The notes below the pieces were generated by a model. The model did no database searches. It was not told the origin of the DNA and saw only the letters and a program-made list of their open reading frames with translations. 64,000 bases of DNA from an uncultured Eubacteriales bacterium. GTDB lineage: Bacteria > Bacillota > Clostridia > Christensenellales > UBA1242. Both the position numbers and the translations under genes were made by a program. Positions 37,091 through 46,331 of the stretch are shown here, piece by piece (position 1 is the first letter of the stretch; each line of letters starts with the position of its first letter). The stretch covers positions 11,895 through 75,894 of the forward strand of contig URXM01000003.1 in NCBI GenBank assembly GCA_900551855.1. Reading direction: 5' to 3'.

Positions 37091-38257
37091 ATGGTCGAAA
37101 ACAAGAAAATTGATAAATTAAATTTTTATACTAATCTAATTTATTTTATTGTTGTTGTAAGTTTTATTATTGTCAGAATTTTATGTTCTGTTTTTGCTTC
37201 TTCTATTGGTGGATACACAACTTATATCATAAGCATTGTGACGCAAATAGGACTTCTTTTTTTGGTGCCATTTTTGTTGTTTAAATTTTTAAACAAAACA
37301 AATACAAAAGAAACTTTTAAGTTTTTTAGCTACAAAAAAATCTCCGCAAAGTCTGTGATTGTTGCTGTTGGGCTTGGAATAATTGTCTTCTTTTTAAATG
37401 TCTATGTTTCAAGTTTTTTCAACTCTATTATTCAACTTTTTGGCTATAAGCCATCTGTTTCTTCATCTTCAATGCCTGCCACTTGGTGGGTGCTTTTGTT
37501 GAACCTTTTTTGCACTGCTATTTTGCCAGCTATTTGCGAAGAAACTTTGCACCGTGGCATGCTTCTTAAAGGAAATTCAAATTTGGGCATGAAAAAGAGC
37601 ATACTCATTTCTGGATTTTTGTTTGGTCTTTTACATTTGAATATAGAACAATTTTTCTATGCTTCAATTATTGGGCTATTCTTGGGATTTATTTGCTGGA
37701 CTACAAGTTCTATCTATCCTTGCATAATTGTGCATTTTATGAACAATGCAATCAGTGTTTTCCTTTCTTTTGCAAAGGCAAAAGGTTGGGCTATTGGGAA
37801 TATGTTTGCTTACATTTCTGAATTTTTGTCAAGCAATTATGTCCTTGGTTTTGTTATGTTTATTTTGTTTTTGTGTTTGCTTGTTATGTTGGCAATCGAA
37901 GCTACAAGATTTTTGATAAAAGACTCTTTCAATTACAACTTTGTGGCAAAGCAAAAACAGTTGACTTCTATGTATATCAGACAGTCTTATTTCAATGATG
38001 TTGAGAATATTAAAAATCAAAAAGAAGTTAAGCAATTACCTGAATCATTCGGAGATAAACAAGTAATTTATATTGATGTCAAAGACTTCTTGAATTTTAT
38101 TGACCAAAATATGGCAAACATTATGAAAGAAGTTGACAAGGTTGAAACGAAAAAACAACCTTTAAACACAGAGATAAAAAGCAAAATTTTTCTCTATGGT
38201 TCTATTGTGCTTTCGGCAATAGTGACAATTATGACTTTCATTTGGGGGCTTTTATGA
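37091..38257 (+). CDS. CPBP family intramembrane glutamic endopeptidase with long C-terminal extension
   Basis: Motifs CEETLHRG, LLHLN and VHFMNN. It carries an extra ~110 aa tail ending in a TM helix. Confidence 0.8.
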   Translation: MVENKKIDKLNFYTNLIYFIVVVSFIIVRILCSVFASSIGGYTTYIISIVTQIGLLFLVPFLLFKFLNKTNTKETFKFFSYKKISAKSVIVAVGLGIIVFFLNVYVSSFFNSIIQLFGYKPSVSSSSMPATWWVLLLNLFCTAILPAICEETLHRGMLLKGNSNLGMKKSILISGFLFGLLHLNIEQFFYASIIGLFLGFICWTTSSIYPCIIVHFMNNAISVFLSFAKAKGWAIGNMFAYISEFLSSNYVLGFVMFILFLCLLVMLAIEATRFLIKDSFNYNFVAKQKQLTSMYIRQSYFNDVENIKNQKEVKQLPESFGDKQVIYIDVKDFLNFIDQNMANIMKEVDKVETKKQPLNTEIKSKIFLYGSIVLSAIVTIMTFIWGLL

Positions 38258-38712
38258 TAACGATAAACATTGTTTGTGTTGGAAATTTAAAAGAAAAGTT
38301 TTCAAAAGAAGAACAAGAAGAATATTGCAAAAGGTTGTCAGCGTTTTGCAAGTTGAATATTGTGGAACTTAAAGAGCAAAATCAACTTGAAAACAGCGAT
38401 TTGATAATTCAAAAAGAGGGCGAAGAAATTTTAAAGAAAATCAAAGGCTACTCCATTTTGTGTGATATAAAATCAAAAGAAATTGATAGTGTGGAGTTTT
38501 CTGAAAAATTGACTAGTCTTATGCAACAAACTTCTACTATTACTTTTGTGATTGGTGGCTCTTATGGGGTAAGCAAAGAAGTGAAAGAAAAGTGCAACGA
38601 AAGAATTTCTTTCTCTCCGATGACTTTTCCACACAATCTTTTTAGGATTATGCTTTTGGAACAAATTTATAGGGGATTTATGATTGCTAGTGGGAAAAGT
38701 TATCATAAATGA
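38254..38712 (+). CDS. rlmH: 23S rRNA (pseudouridine1915-N3)-methyltransferase
   Basis: SPOUT fold pattern (FVIGGSYG, SFSPMTFPHNLFRIMLLEQIYR). The ATGA start overlaps the upstream stop codon. Confidence 0.9.
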   Translation: MITINIVCVGNLKEKFSKEEQEEYCKRLSAFCKLNIVELKEQNQLENSDLIIQKEGEEILKKIKGYSILCDIKSKEIDSVEFSEKLTSLMQQTSTITFVIGGSYGVSKEVKEKCNERISFSPMTFPHNLFRIMLLEQIYRGFMIASGKSYHK

Positions 38713-38772
38713 TTGTTTACATAACTTTATATAATTTTTATAAAAATATTTTGCAAAGTAAAGTCAAAATGC

Positions 38773-38801
38773 TTGCAATTTATTTTTTTTTGTGTTATAC
38801 T
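38773..38801 (+). promoter_or_regulatory. sigma-A type promoter upstream of rpsB
   Basis: TTGCAA, a 17-nt spacer, then TATACT. Confidence 0.45.
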
Positions 38802-38988
38802 GCCAAAGTCATTGGACAAATTAACACTCAAAGGGCATTTCAAGATCGGTTGCCTGAACGCTTGTAAACATTTGTTATTTTTATTTTTTTTTGAATTTGT
38901 TTACTTGTAAAAAAATGTTTCGCATTTTTGGGTTGATTTTGAGAGTTAAAACTTTGGGGAAGACAAAAAACAAGGAGGGAAAAATATT

Positions 38989-39891
38989 ATGTCAGTTATT
39001 TCAATGAAACAACTTTTGGAAGCTGGTGTTCATTTTGGACATCAATCAAGAAAGTGGAATCCAAAGATGAAACAATACATTTTTACCGCTAGAAATGATA
39101 TTCATATCATCAATTTGGAAATTACATCAGAACAAGTTGACAAAGCTTATACTTTTGTTCGTGATGTTGTAGCAAGCGGAAAGAATGTGCTTTTTGTAGG
39201 CACAAAGAAACAAGCTCAAGAAGCTATTAAAGAAGAAGCTGAAAGATGTGGAATGTTCTACATCAACACTCGTTGGCTTGGTGGTACTCTTACAAACTTT
39301 AAGACTATCAGAAACAGAATCGAAAGACTCAACAAACTTAACCAAATGGAAAAAGTTGGGGAATTTGAACTTTTGCCAAAGAAAGAAGTTACTCTTCTTA
39401 AACAAGAAAGAGACAAACTTGAAAAGAACCTTGGCGGAATCAAAGATATGAGAGAACTTCCTGGCGTTGTATTTGTTGTTGATCCAACAAATGAAAAGAT
39501 TTGCGTTCACGAAGCTAATATCTTGAACATTCCTGTTGTAAGTTTGGTTGATACAAACTGCGATCCATCAGGCGTAGATATCGTTATTCCTGGAAATGAT
39601 GATGCTATCCGTTCTGTTAAACTTATTGCAAGCGCTATCGCTGATGCTGTTATTGAAGCTAGAGAAGGCGTTTCAATGAAGAAAGATGACGAAGCTAATT
39701 CTGAAGAAGATGTTGACCTTGAAAGCTTGCTCGAACAAGCTAAACCAAGTGTTGCTGATGCCGAAGCAGGAGAAGAAGTTAAAAAACCTGCAAGAAAACC
39801 TAAGAAAAAGGCTCCTGTAAAGAAAGAAAAAGCAGAAGAAAAAACTGCTGAAGCTAAAGAAGAAAAAGCTGAAGAAACTGTTTCAGAATAA
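38989..39891 (+). CDS. rpsB: 30S ribosomal protein S2 with ~60-aa Lys/Glu/Ala-rich C-terminal extension
   Basis: [22 protein letters not shown] is the canonical S2 N-terminus. Strong AAGGAGGG RBS. Confidence 0.95.
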   Translation: MSVISMKQLLEAGVHFGHQSRKWNPKMKQYIFTARNDIHIINLEITSEQVDKAYTFVRDVVASGKNVLFVGTKKQAQEAIKEEAERCGMFYINTRWLGGTLTNFKTIRNRIERLNKLNQMEKVGEFELLPKKEVTLLKQERDKLEKNLGGIKDMRELPGVVFVVDPTNEKICVHEANILNIPVVSLVDTNCDPSGVDIVIPGNDDAIRSVKLIASAIADAVIEAREGVSMKKDDEANSEEDVDLESLLEQAKPSVADAEAGEEVKKPARKPKKKAPVKKEKAEEKTAEAKEEKAEETVSE

Positions 39892-39920
39892 TAAAATTTG
39901 TTTTTGAAAGGAGATTTATT

Positions 39921-40574
39921 ATGAGTTTTACTGCACAAGATGTTGCTCGTCTTAGAGCACAAACAGGCGTTGGTATGATGGAATGTAAAAAAGCTCTTAC
40001 TGATGCTAATGGAGATTTTGAAAAAGCTATCGTTCTTTTGAGAGAAAGAGGACTTAAAGCAGTTGACAAAAAACAAGGAAGAATTGCTTCTGAAGGTTTG
40101 GTTGCTTCTTATATCCATATGGGTGGAAGAATCGGCGTTTTGGTTGAAGTTAACTGTGAAACAGACTTTGTTGCAAAGAGCAATGATTTCCAAACTTTGG
40201 TAAAAGATATTGCTATGCACATTGCTGCAGCAAATCCAAAGTATGTTTCTGAAGCTGATGTTGATCCAAGTGAACTTGAGAAAGAAAAAGAAATTTTGAG
40301 AGCTCAAGCTAAAAACGAAGGAAAACCAGAAGCTATCATCGAAAAAATGGTTGAAGGTAGAGTTAAGAAATTTTATGAAGATGTTTGTCTTTTGAACCAA
40401 CACTTTGTAAAAAATCCTGACCTTACTATTAAGGACCTTTTGACTGAAGCTACTCTTAAGATTGGAGAAAAAATTTCTGTTCGTAGATTTGTTCGTTATG
40501 AACTTGGCGAAGGAATGGAAAAGAGACACGACAATTTGGCTGAAGAAGTTGCTAAACAAATGGCAAACAAATAA
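39921..40574 (+). CDS. tsf: translation elongation factor Ts (short form)
   Basis: [22 protein letters not shown]-like N-terminus and [20 protein letters not shown]. Confidence 0.95.
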   Translation: MSFTAQDVARLRAQTGVGMMECKKALTDANGDFEKAIVLLRERGLKAVDKKQGRIASEGLVASYIHMGGRIGVLVEVNCETDFVAKSNDFQTLVKDIAMHIAAANPKYVSEADVDPSELEKEKEILRAQAKNEGKPEAIIEKMVEGRVKKFYEDVCLLNQHFVKNPDLTIKDLLTEATLKIGEKISVRRFVRYELGEGMEKRHDNLAEEVAKQMANK

Positions 40575-40581
40575 CACTAAA

Positions 40582-40604
40582 GGCGCTTTTTGGCGTCTTT
40601 TTTT
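40582..40604 (+). terminator. rho-independent terminator after tsf
   Basis: Hairpin GGCGC-tttttg-GCGTC followed by TTTTTTT. Confidence 0.55.
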
Positions 40605-40658
40605 GTTGCATTTTATAGTGATTTATCAAATTTTATGTCGAATTAAAAAATTTCAATA

Positions 40659-40687
40659 TTGACAAATTAAGGGTGTTAAGTTATAAT
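40659..40687 (+). promoter_or_regulatory. consensus sigma-A promoter of the 643-aa ORF
   Basis: TTGACA, a 17-nt spacer, then TATAAT (both hexamers match the consensus exactly). Confidence 0.6.
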
Positions 40688-40707
40688 GCTTTTGTGGGGG
40701 ATAATGA

Positions 40708-42639
40708 ATGAATAGAGAAGAGTTTTATAGTGCAATTGAAAAATATTTTGCATTGTCAGAATCAGAAACCGAAAATATGATTCAACAAAAATTTAAAAAT
40801 GATTCAGACAAAAGAAGATTTTATGAAATGCTTAAAGTGACAATGCCTTTCTTTGAACCATTTGTCAACAAAGCAGATGAAAAATTGAAAAGAAAAGTCG
40901 GAAAAGTGTTTTTGTCTAAGTTGGATTATTCTCAATTTTCTGACAGCATTGAAGAAATGTCAGATAGACTTAGAAGATTGTTCTATCAAACCTCTTCAAA
41001 AGGTATAAATACATATAAAATTTTGTATTGCTCTGTTTTGACTGATGGAAACTTGAAAAGAGACAGTGAAAACAGATCAAGATATTATGACACTACTCGT
41101 GATTTTGAATTTATATATGATAGTTTAGCCAATACTTTGCAGTTAACAAATCAAGAAGCTATTGATATGTTTGAAAAATGTTCTACATTGATTGCAAAGG
41201 GATATGCATATAAATTTCCACATATTTACAACAAGTTGAGAGAACTTATTGTGTATGATAACTATTCTTCTTATCGTGTTTTTAGAGAGAAAGAAATCGT
41301 TGATATTTTGAAAATTAACCCTTCTTTGTTTGTCACTTCAACTGATAGAATTCAAGATGCTTTTGATTATATTCAAAAGAAAATGGCTCCAAAATTGGAG
41401 AAAGATTTTAAAGCTGTTTCAGAGCAAAATCCTAATATGACTTTCTTGGAATATAAAACAATTATGACAAGAAAATGGCTTAAAAACAATTCTACTCTTT
41501 TGACTATCAATTCTTCAAGTATGTATAAAAAAGAAAATTACTTAAATAATGTTGTTGCAGAATTTACTTCAAAAGAATATGAACCACAATTTAGAAAGTT
41601 TTTCCAAGAGCCTATCAGTCTTTCTATTTTAAACCAAATTTCTTATGAAAAAATTGCTAGAAATGCAATGAGAAACATTAAATCCTTGGAAGCTAGAAGT
41701 GGGAAATCTATACAAGATATAATCAATTATTTGGCATCAAATCCTTATATCATTGGTATGGACTCTTCACAAGTGACATTGCTTTTGAGTGATATTGAAG
41801 TTATGGACAAAGAAAATCCAGAAGAAAAATATTTTGATAAATTTTTTGAGTTTGGAAAAACTTTGTTTGCAAGCAATATCGATTTTAGAGTAAAAGCAAT
41901 TACAGATAAACTTAAAAACAATTCAGTCATGTATGATGTTGATGTTGACAGAATGACTGACAAAGAATGCTTACATAAATTTATTGAAATTTTCTTTGAT
42001 GGAAGCTTTGAAAATGAGATCAAAATTGAAAGAATGATCAAAGCCAAAGAGGAAAGAACAAGTCTTGGTGAAAAGAAATTGAGAAAGTCTATAAGAGAAC
42101 TTGGAGCAAAAATTATGGACTTGCCAAAAATTTTGAAAGATGAATATATCCCTGAAAGAGCAAAGAAGGGGCAGATATTGTCATTGGTCGCAAATATTGA
42201 AAGTTTGCACAATGAAAGATTTAAACTTGGAAATGTTGATCGCTATTATGAAGTTGCAGTTGCTGAAAAAACTAACAGCCAAGATATTGAAAATGCTTTA
42301 AACCTTTTGAGAGATACTTATGAACAAAGAAGGTTTAAATTAGGCAAAAAATATTCAAATCTTGATCAACTTTTTGAAAGAACAATGGATTATTTGGGCA
42401 GTTGCTTTGATGACAAAGAAGCTATTACAGATTTGTTTAGAACTGAAGTTGTCAAGAGATATGATGATGCCATCAAAACTTCTTTTGAAACAAGACCAAC
42501 TCTTCAACAACAACTTTTTGGAGAAAGTTTGATTGTTAAAAATGTTGGGGGACTGAAGAGTTCTTTAAAGAAATTGGACGAAGAAGTAAACAGACTTGAT
42601 TATTGTGAGAGCACTACAACATTTAATTTTGAAAAATAA
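40708..42639 (+). CDS. hypothetical 643-aa all-helical repeat protein (weak mTERF-like repeat pattern)
   Basis: Long intact ORF with RBS GGGGGA and its own promoter and terminator. Recurrent segments KINPSLFVTSTDRI, ASNPYIIGMDSSQV and KNNSTLLTINSSSM. No catalytic motif recognised. Confidence 0.5.
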   Translation: MNREEFYSAIEKYFALSESETENMIQQKFKNDSDKRRFYEMLKVTMPFFEPFVNKADEKLKRKVGKVFLSKLDYSQFSDSIEEMSDRLRRLFYQTSSKGINTYKILYCSVLTDGNLKRDSENRSRYYDTTRDFEFIYDSLANTLQLTNQEAIDMFEKCSTLIAKGYAYKFPHIYNKLRELIVYDNYSSYRVFREKEIVDILKINPSLFVTSTDRIQDAFDYIQKKMAPKLEKDFKAVSEQNPNMTFLEYKTIMTRKWLKNNSTLLTINSSSMYKKENYLNNVVAEFTSKEYEPQFRKFFQEPISLSILNQISYEKIARNAMRNIKSLEARSGKSIQDIINYLASNPYIIGMDSSQVTLLLSDIEVMDKENPEEKYFDKFFEFGKTLFASNIDFRVKAITDKLKNNSVMYDVDVDRMTDKECLHKFIEIFFDGSFENEIKIERMIKAKEERTSLGEKKLRKSIRELGAKIMDLPKILKDEYIPERAKKGQILSLVANIESLHNERFKLGNVDRYYEVAVAEKTNSQDIENALNLLRDTYEQRRFKLGKKYSNLDQLFERTMDYLGSCFDDKEAITDLFRTEVVKRYDDAIKTSFETRPTLQQQLFGESLIVKNVGGLKSSLKKLDEEVNRLDYCESTTTFNFEK

Positions 42640-42668
42640 ACGGTTTTTAATTAAACCGTTTTTTTTAT
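42638..42668 (+). terminator. rho-independent terminator after the 643-aa ORF
   Basis: Hairpin AACGGTTT-ttaatt-AAACCGTT followed by TTTTTTT. Confidence 0.65.
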
Positions 42669-42706
42669 TTTTGAGATGATTTCTTTTGTTATAGAGATAA
42701 AATCGT

Positions 42707-42735
42707 TTGCAAAATTGGTTAATTTAATATATAAT
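42707..42735 (+). promoter_or_regulatory. sigma-A type promoter upstream of frr
   Basis: TTGCAA, a 17-nt spacer, then TATAAT. Confidence 0.5.
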
Positions 42736-42836
42736 TGCTTGTGATAATAATTTTGCATTATCTTTGTCTTTGTATGTTTCAAGATGTTTTCTTTGAAATT
42801 GCAAAAAAAGATGTTGTAAAAACAAAAGGAGAAGTT

Positions 42837-43403
42837 ATGAACGAAATGGTTGATGAAATTTTTTCAAATTGCAAGGAAGATTTGGAAAAAGCATATTTAC
42901 ACCAACAAAATGAATATCTTGTTATAAGAGCAGGAAGAGCAAATCCACATATTTTGGATAAGGTTATGGTAGAATATTATGGAGTGCCAACTCCTATTGT
43001 TCAAATGGCAACAATTACTGTTTCCGAAGCTAGAATTCTCAACATCAATGTTTGGGATGTTTCTCAAATTAAAAATGTTGAAAAAGCTATTTCTCAATCT
43101 GATATTGGTATTACTCCAACTGATGACGGAAAAACTATTAGACTCGCTTTCCCTATTCTTACAGAAGAAAGAAGAAAAGAAATTGTTAAGACTGTTAAAA
43201 AACTTTGTGAAGAAACAAAAATCGCAATGAGAAATGTTCGTCGTGATGCTCTTGATATGTTGAAGAGTATGAAGAAAGACGGAGAACTTTCAGAAGATGA
43301 ATTGGCTTCAAATGAAAAGGAAGTTCAAAAACTTATCGACAAATACACTGATATGGCTGATAAACTTGCTGAAGACAAAGAAGCAGAGGTTATGAGAGTT
43401 TAA
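42837..43403 (+). CDS. frr: ribosome recycling factor
   Basis: Motifs IRAGRANPHILDKVMVEYYG and TEERRKEIVK...MRNVRRDA. ATG at 42837 follows an AAAGGAGAAG RBS. Confidence 0.95.
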   Translation: MNEMVDEIFSNCKEDLEKAYLHQQNEYLVIRAGRANPHILDKVMVEYYGVPTPIVQMATITVSEARILNINVWDVSQIKNVEKAISQSDIGITPTDDGKTIRLAFPILTEERRKEIVKTVKKLCEETKIAMRNVRRDALDMLKSMKKDGELSEDELASNEKEVQKLIDKYTDMADKLAEDKEAEVMRV

Positions 43404-43429
43404 CAAAAGAACTATACTAAATTTTAAGG

Positions 43430-44143
43430 GTGAATATGTTTAAGAAAAAGAAAGTATTTAAAAATATTCCTACCCATATCGCTTTTATTATGGACGGCAA
43501 TAGACGCTGGGCTGTTAGGCGTGGACTTAACAAAATGATAGGGCATAAACAGGGTGGTGTTGCACTTAAAAATATTATCAATGTCATAAACGAGATTAAG
43601 GAAATAAAGTTTGCTTCGTTTTTTGCTTTCTCAACCGAAAATTGGAACAGAGAACAAAAAGAAATTGATTATATTTTTGAAGTTGCTTACAATCTTGTTG
43701 ATGACAATAAAGATGATTTCTGCAATAAAAACATCAAATTTGTTGCAATGGGAGACTTGTCAAGATTTCCTGATAAATTGAAAAACATTTTGATTGACAC
43801 AATGGAAAAAACTAAAAACAACACAGGGCTTGTTGTCAATCTTGCAATGAATTATGGTGGCAGAGATGATATTGTTCATGCTGTGAACAGTCTTATTGAA
43901 AAAGGCGAGAAAAAAATTACTATCGAAAACTTGAAGGAAAATTTATATTCTGCACCTTCGCCAGATATTGACCTTCTTGTTAGAACAAGTGGCGAGATGA
44001 GAGTCTCAAATTTTATGTTGTTTCAAATGGCTTATAGTGAACTGTATTTCACAAAAACTTGCTGGCCAGATTTTGACAAAAAAGAACTTTTTAAGGCACT
44101 TGAAGAATTTTCAAAGAGAAACAGAAGATTTGGAGGACAATAA
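43430..44143 (+). CDS. uppS: isoprenyl transferase (undecaprenyl diphosphate synthase)
   Basis: Motifs HIAFIMDGNRRWA, FSTENWNR and RTSGEMRVSNFMLFQ. Confidence 0.9.
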   Translation: MNMFKKKKVFKNIPTHIAFIMDGNRRWAVRRGLNKMIGHKQGGVALKNIINVINEIKEIKFASFFAFSTENWNREQKEIDYIFEVAYNLVDDNKDDFCNKNIKFVAMGDLSRFPDKLKNILIDTMEKTKNNTGLVVNLAMNYGGRDDIVHAVNSLIEKGEKKITIENLKENLYSAPSPDIDLLVRTSGEMRVSNFMLFQMAYSELYFTKTCWPDFDKKELFKALEEFSKRNRRFGGQ

Positions 44144-45105
44144 TGAAAAAACGAATTTACACATCAATTGCTATCGTAATTGTTTTGGCACTTTTGTTTG
44201 TGTTAAAAATTTTTGTGAGCGATTATTTCTTTGACGCATTTTTTGCTATTTTGGCTTGCATCGCTTGCTATGAAATGTCAAAACTTTTAAGCAAAACCGG
44301 GCTTTACAACTATCAAGTGCTGGCGATTTTCTTCCCATCACTTTTGCTAGCTGCAAATTTGGTTGGAGTGTTCTATGCAGGCGCAACAAGTGACTTTTTC
44401 TGGGTATTATACACTCTTCTTATTGATGTTGGTCTTATGGTTGTTGTTGCTTTGCTTGCTTTCTTGGTTGGACTTTGCAGAAAGAAAGCTATGCTCAACG
44501 AAATGACAATTAGAAATGTTAAAAATATGTCTGTAAGAAAATTTGCATTCAAAAAAGCTCTCAACACTTTGATCGCTTTTGTTTATCCTGCATTTTTGTT
44601 TTTGATGTTTATTTTCTTAAACCACTTCAATGATATGCCTTTGTCTAAACTTGAAGGTATCTCATCAAATGTTTCTGTTTTCATTTTGATTACTGCTATC
44701 ACAATTCCTATGTTTACTGACACTTTTGCTATGCTCACTGGTTCTGTTATCGGTGGCAAAAAGTTGTGTCCAAAAATTAGTCCTGCAAAAACTATTTCAG
44801 GTGCTGTAGGTGGTGTGCTTTGGACTGTTCTTTTTGGTGCTTGTGTTTATCTCATTTTTGGTTGCATTGAATCATTTGCTCCATTTATGGAAATCTTCCC
44901 AATTTGGGCTTATTTGATCATAGTTTTGATCGGTTCTGTGATTGCTCAATGTGGAGATTTGTTTGAATCTGTTATCAAAAGAAGAGCAGGAGTAAAAGAC
45001 AGTGGAAAGATTTTGCCTGGACAAGGTGGAATACTTGACAGAATTGACTCTTATATCTTTATGGCTCCATATATTTTGATCGCTTTTTGGATTTTTGCTA
45101 TTTAA
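44143..45105 (+). CDS. cdsA: phosphatidate cytidylyltransferase
   Basis: Polytopic membrane protein with the signature CGDLFESVIKRRAGVKDSGKILPGQGGILDRIDS. Confidence 0.85.
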   Translation: MKKRIYTSIAIVIVLALLFVLKIFVSDYFFDAFFAILACIACYEMSKLLSKTGLYNYQVLAIFFPSLLLAANLVGVFYAGATSDFFWVLYTLLIDVGLMVVVALLAFLVGLCRKKAMLNEMTIRNVKNMSVRKFAFKKALNTLIAFVYPAFLFLMFIFLNHFNDMPLSKLEGISSNVSVFILITAITIPMFTDTFAMLTGSVIGGKKLCPKISPAKTISGAVGGVLWTVLFGACVYLIFGCIESFAPFMEIFPIWAYLIIVLIGSVIAQCGDLFESVIKRRAGVKDSGKILPGQGGILDRIDSYIFMAPYILIAFWIFAI

Positions 45106-45142
45106 AACTAAAGACCTACATTGAAGTTAAGGATATAGTTGT

Positions 45143-46249
45143 ATGATTTTTTGGTATATTATACTTGCTATTGTAATTTTGCTTTTTATGGTGCTTATTC
45201 ACGAATTTGGGCACTATATTGTCGGCAAAATACTCAAGTTTAAAATAACAGAATTTTCTATTGGTTTTGGTTTTCCTATTTTTAGTAAGACTAACAAGAA
45301 AACAGGGGAAAAATTCTCTCTGCGAATTTTTCCTTTGGGTGGATACTGTGCTTTTGAAGGTGAGGAAGATGAGAAAGAATCTGACTCTCCAACTGCCTTC
45401 AACAATCAAAAACCTTGGAAAAGAATATTGGTTTTTCTTGCAGGTGTGACTGCAAACTTTATCACTGCAATCATTTTTTCTTGGATTTTGCTTTGCACAA
45501 CTGGTTATGATATTCCACAAATTGCAAGATATGACCAAACAACATACATCAATGAATATCAAGTGGGTGATGTTATAAGAAAAATTGATGGAAAGACAAT
45601 TGATTTTGCTTTTGGAGAGAGTTATGATACTCTATTGAATGAACAGAAAGTTATTGCTCAAGATTACTATGAAACAAACGGAATCGATGCTGAAAAATAC
45701 ACATTTGAAATGACTGTTTCTCGTGATGGAGAATTGGTCAATTTTGATGTGATTGTTTATCCTGTTGAAAGACAAAAAGATGATGGAAGTGAATATATAG
45801 ACTGTATGATTGGACTTGAATTTGAAAAAGGAGAAAAACCTTGTATTACCGCTTATGTCTATGATGCTTGGTCAGGTTTTTGCCGTTCTTTTGAAATGGC
45901 ATTTGGCTTTGCTTGGATTGTTTTGAAAAGTTTGTGGCTTTTGATAACCTTCCAAATTCCTATTACAGATATGGGTGGAACTATTGCGACAATCTCGACA
46001 ATCGCTACTTTTGCGTCTCAAAGTATGTCTTATTTGTTGATTTTCATTCCTTTGATTGCAGCAAACTTGGCAGTGTTTAATTTGTTGCCATTCCCTGCAC
46101 TTGATGGGTCTCATGTTGTGTTTACGCTTATTGAATGGATAAGAGGAAAGCCTATAAATAGAAAGGTTGAAAATATGATTCACTTTGTTGGCATCTGCAT
46201 ATTGTTTGCATTTGTGATAATTGTTGATATTTTACATTTTGTGCTTTAA
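45143..46249 (+). CDS. rseP: RIP metalloprotease (site-2 protease) RseP/RasP
   Basis: HEFGHY zinc motif in TM1, a central PDZ-like region, and LLPFPALDG at the C-terminus. Confidence 0.85.
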   Translation: MIFWYIILAIVILLFMVLIHEFGHYIVGKILKFKITEFSIGFGFPIFSKTNKKTGEKFSLRIFPLGGYCAFEGEEDEKESDSPTAFNNQKPWKRILVFLAGVTANFITAIIFSWILLCTTGYDIPQIARYDQTTYINEYQVGDVIRKIDGKTIDFAFGESYDTLLNEQKVIAQDYYETNGIDAEKYTFEMTVSRDGELVNFDVIVYPVERQKDDGSEYIDCMIGLEFEKGEKPCITAYVYDAWSGFCRSFEMAFGFAWIVLKSLWLLITFQIPITDMGGTIATISTIATFASQSMSYLLIFIPLIAANLAVFNLLPFPALDGSHVVFTLIEWIRGKPINRKVENMIHFVGICILFAFVIIVDILHFVL

Positions 46250-46331
46250 AGTCTGAGTTTTCAGACTTTTTTTATTTCTACATCTTTTGTGTGTGCTTGA
46301 CAAAAATTGACGATTATTTTAGAATGATTAT

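Noticed and set aside
38802-38988. Possible structured autoregulatory leader upstream of rpsB.
   Set aside because: The region is ~190 nt long but extremely AT-rich. I found only weak 7-bp stems with long loops, and nothing I can defend without folding or covariation analysis.
39507-40577. 356-aa minus-strand ORF covering the end of rpsB and all of tsf.
   Set aside because: It is antisense to two unmistakable, highly conserved genes, and its product is low-complexity (Ser/Phe/Leu-rich). Its openness is explained by the absence of TTA, CTA and TCA codons in tsf, which shares its triplet register.
45116-45562. 148-aa minus-strand ORF opposite rseP.
   Set aside because: It is antisense to the HEFGHY-containing N-terminus of a conserved protease and is likely spurious.
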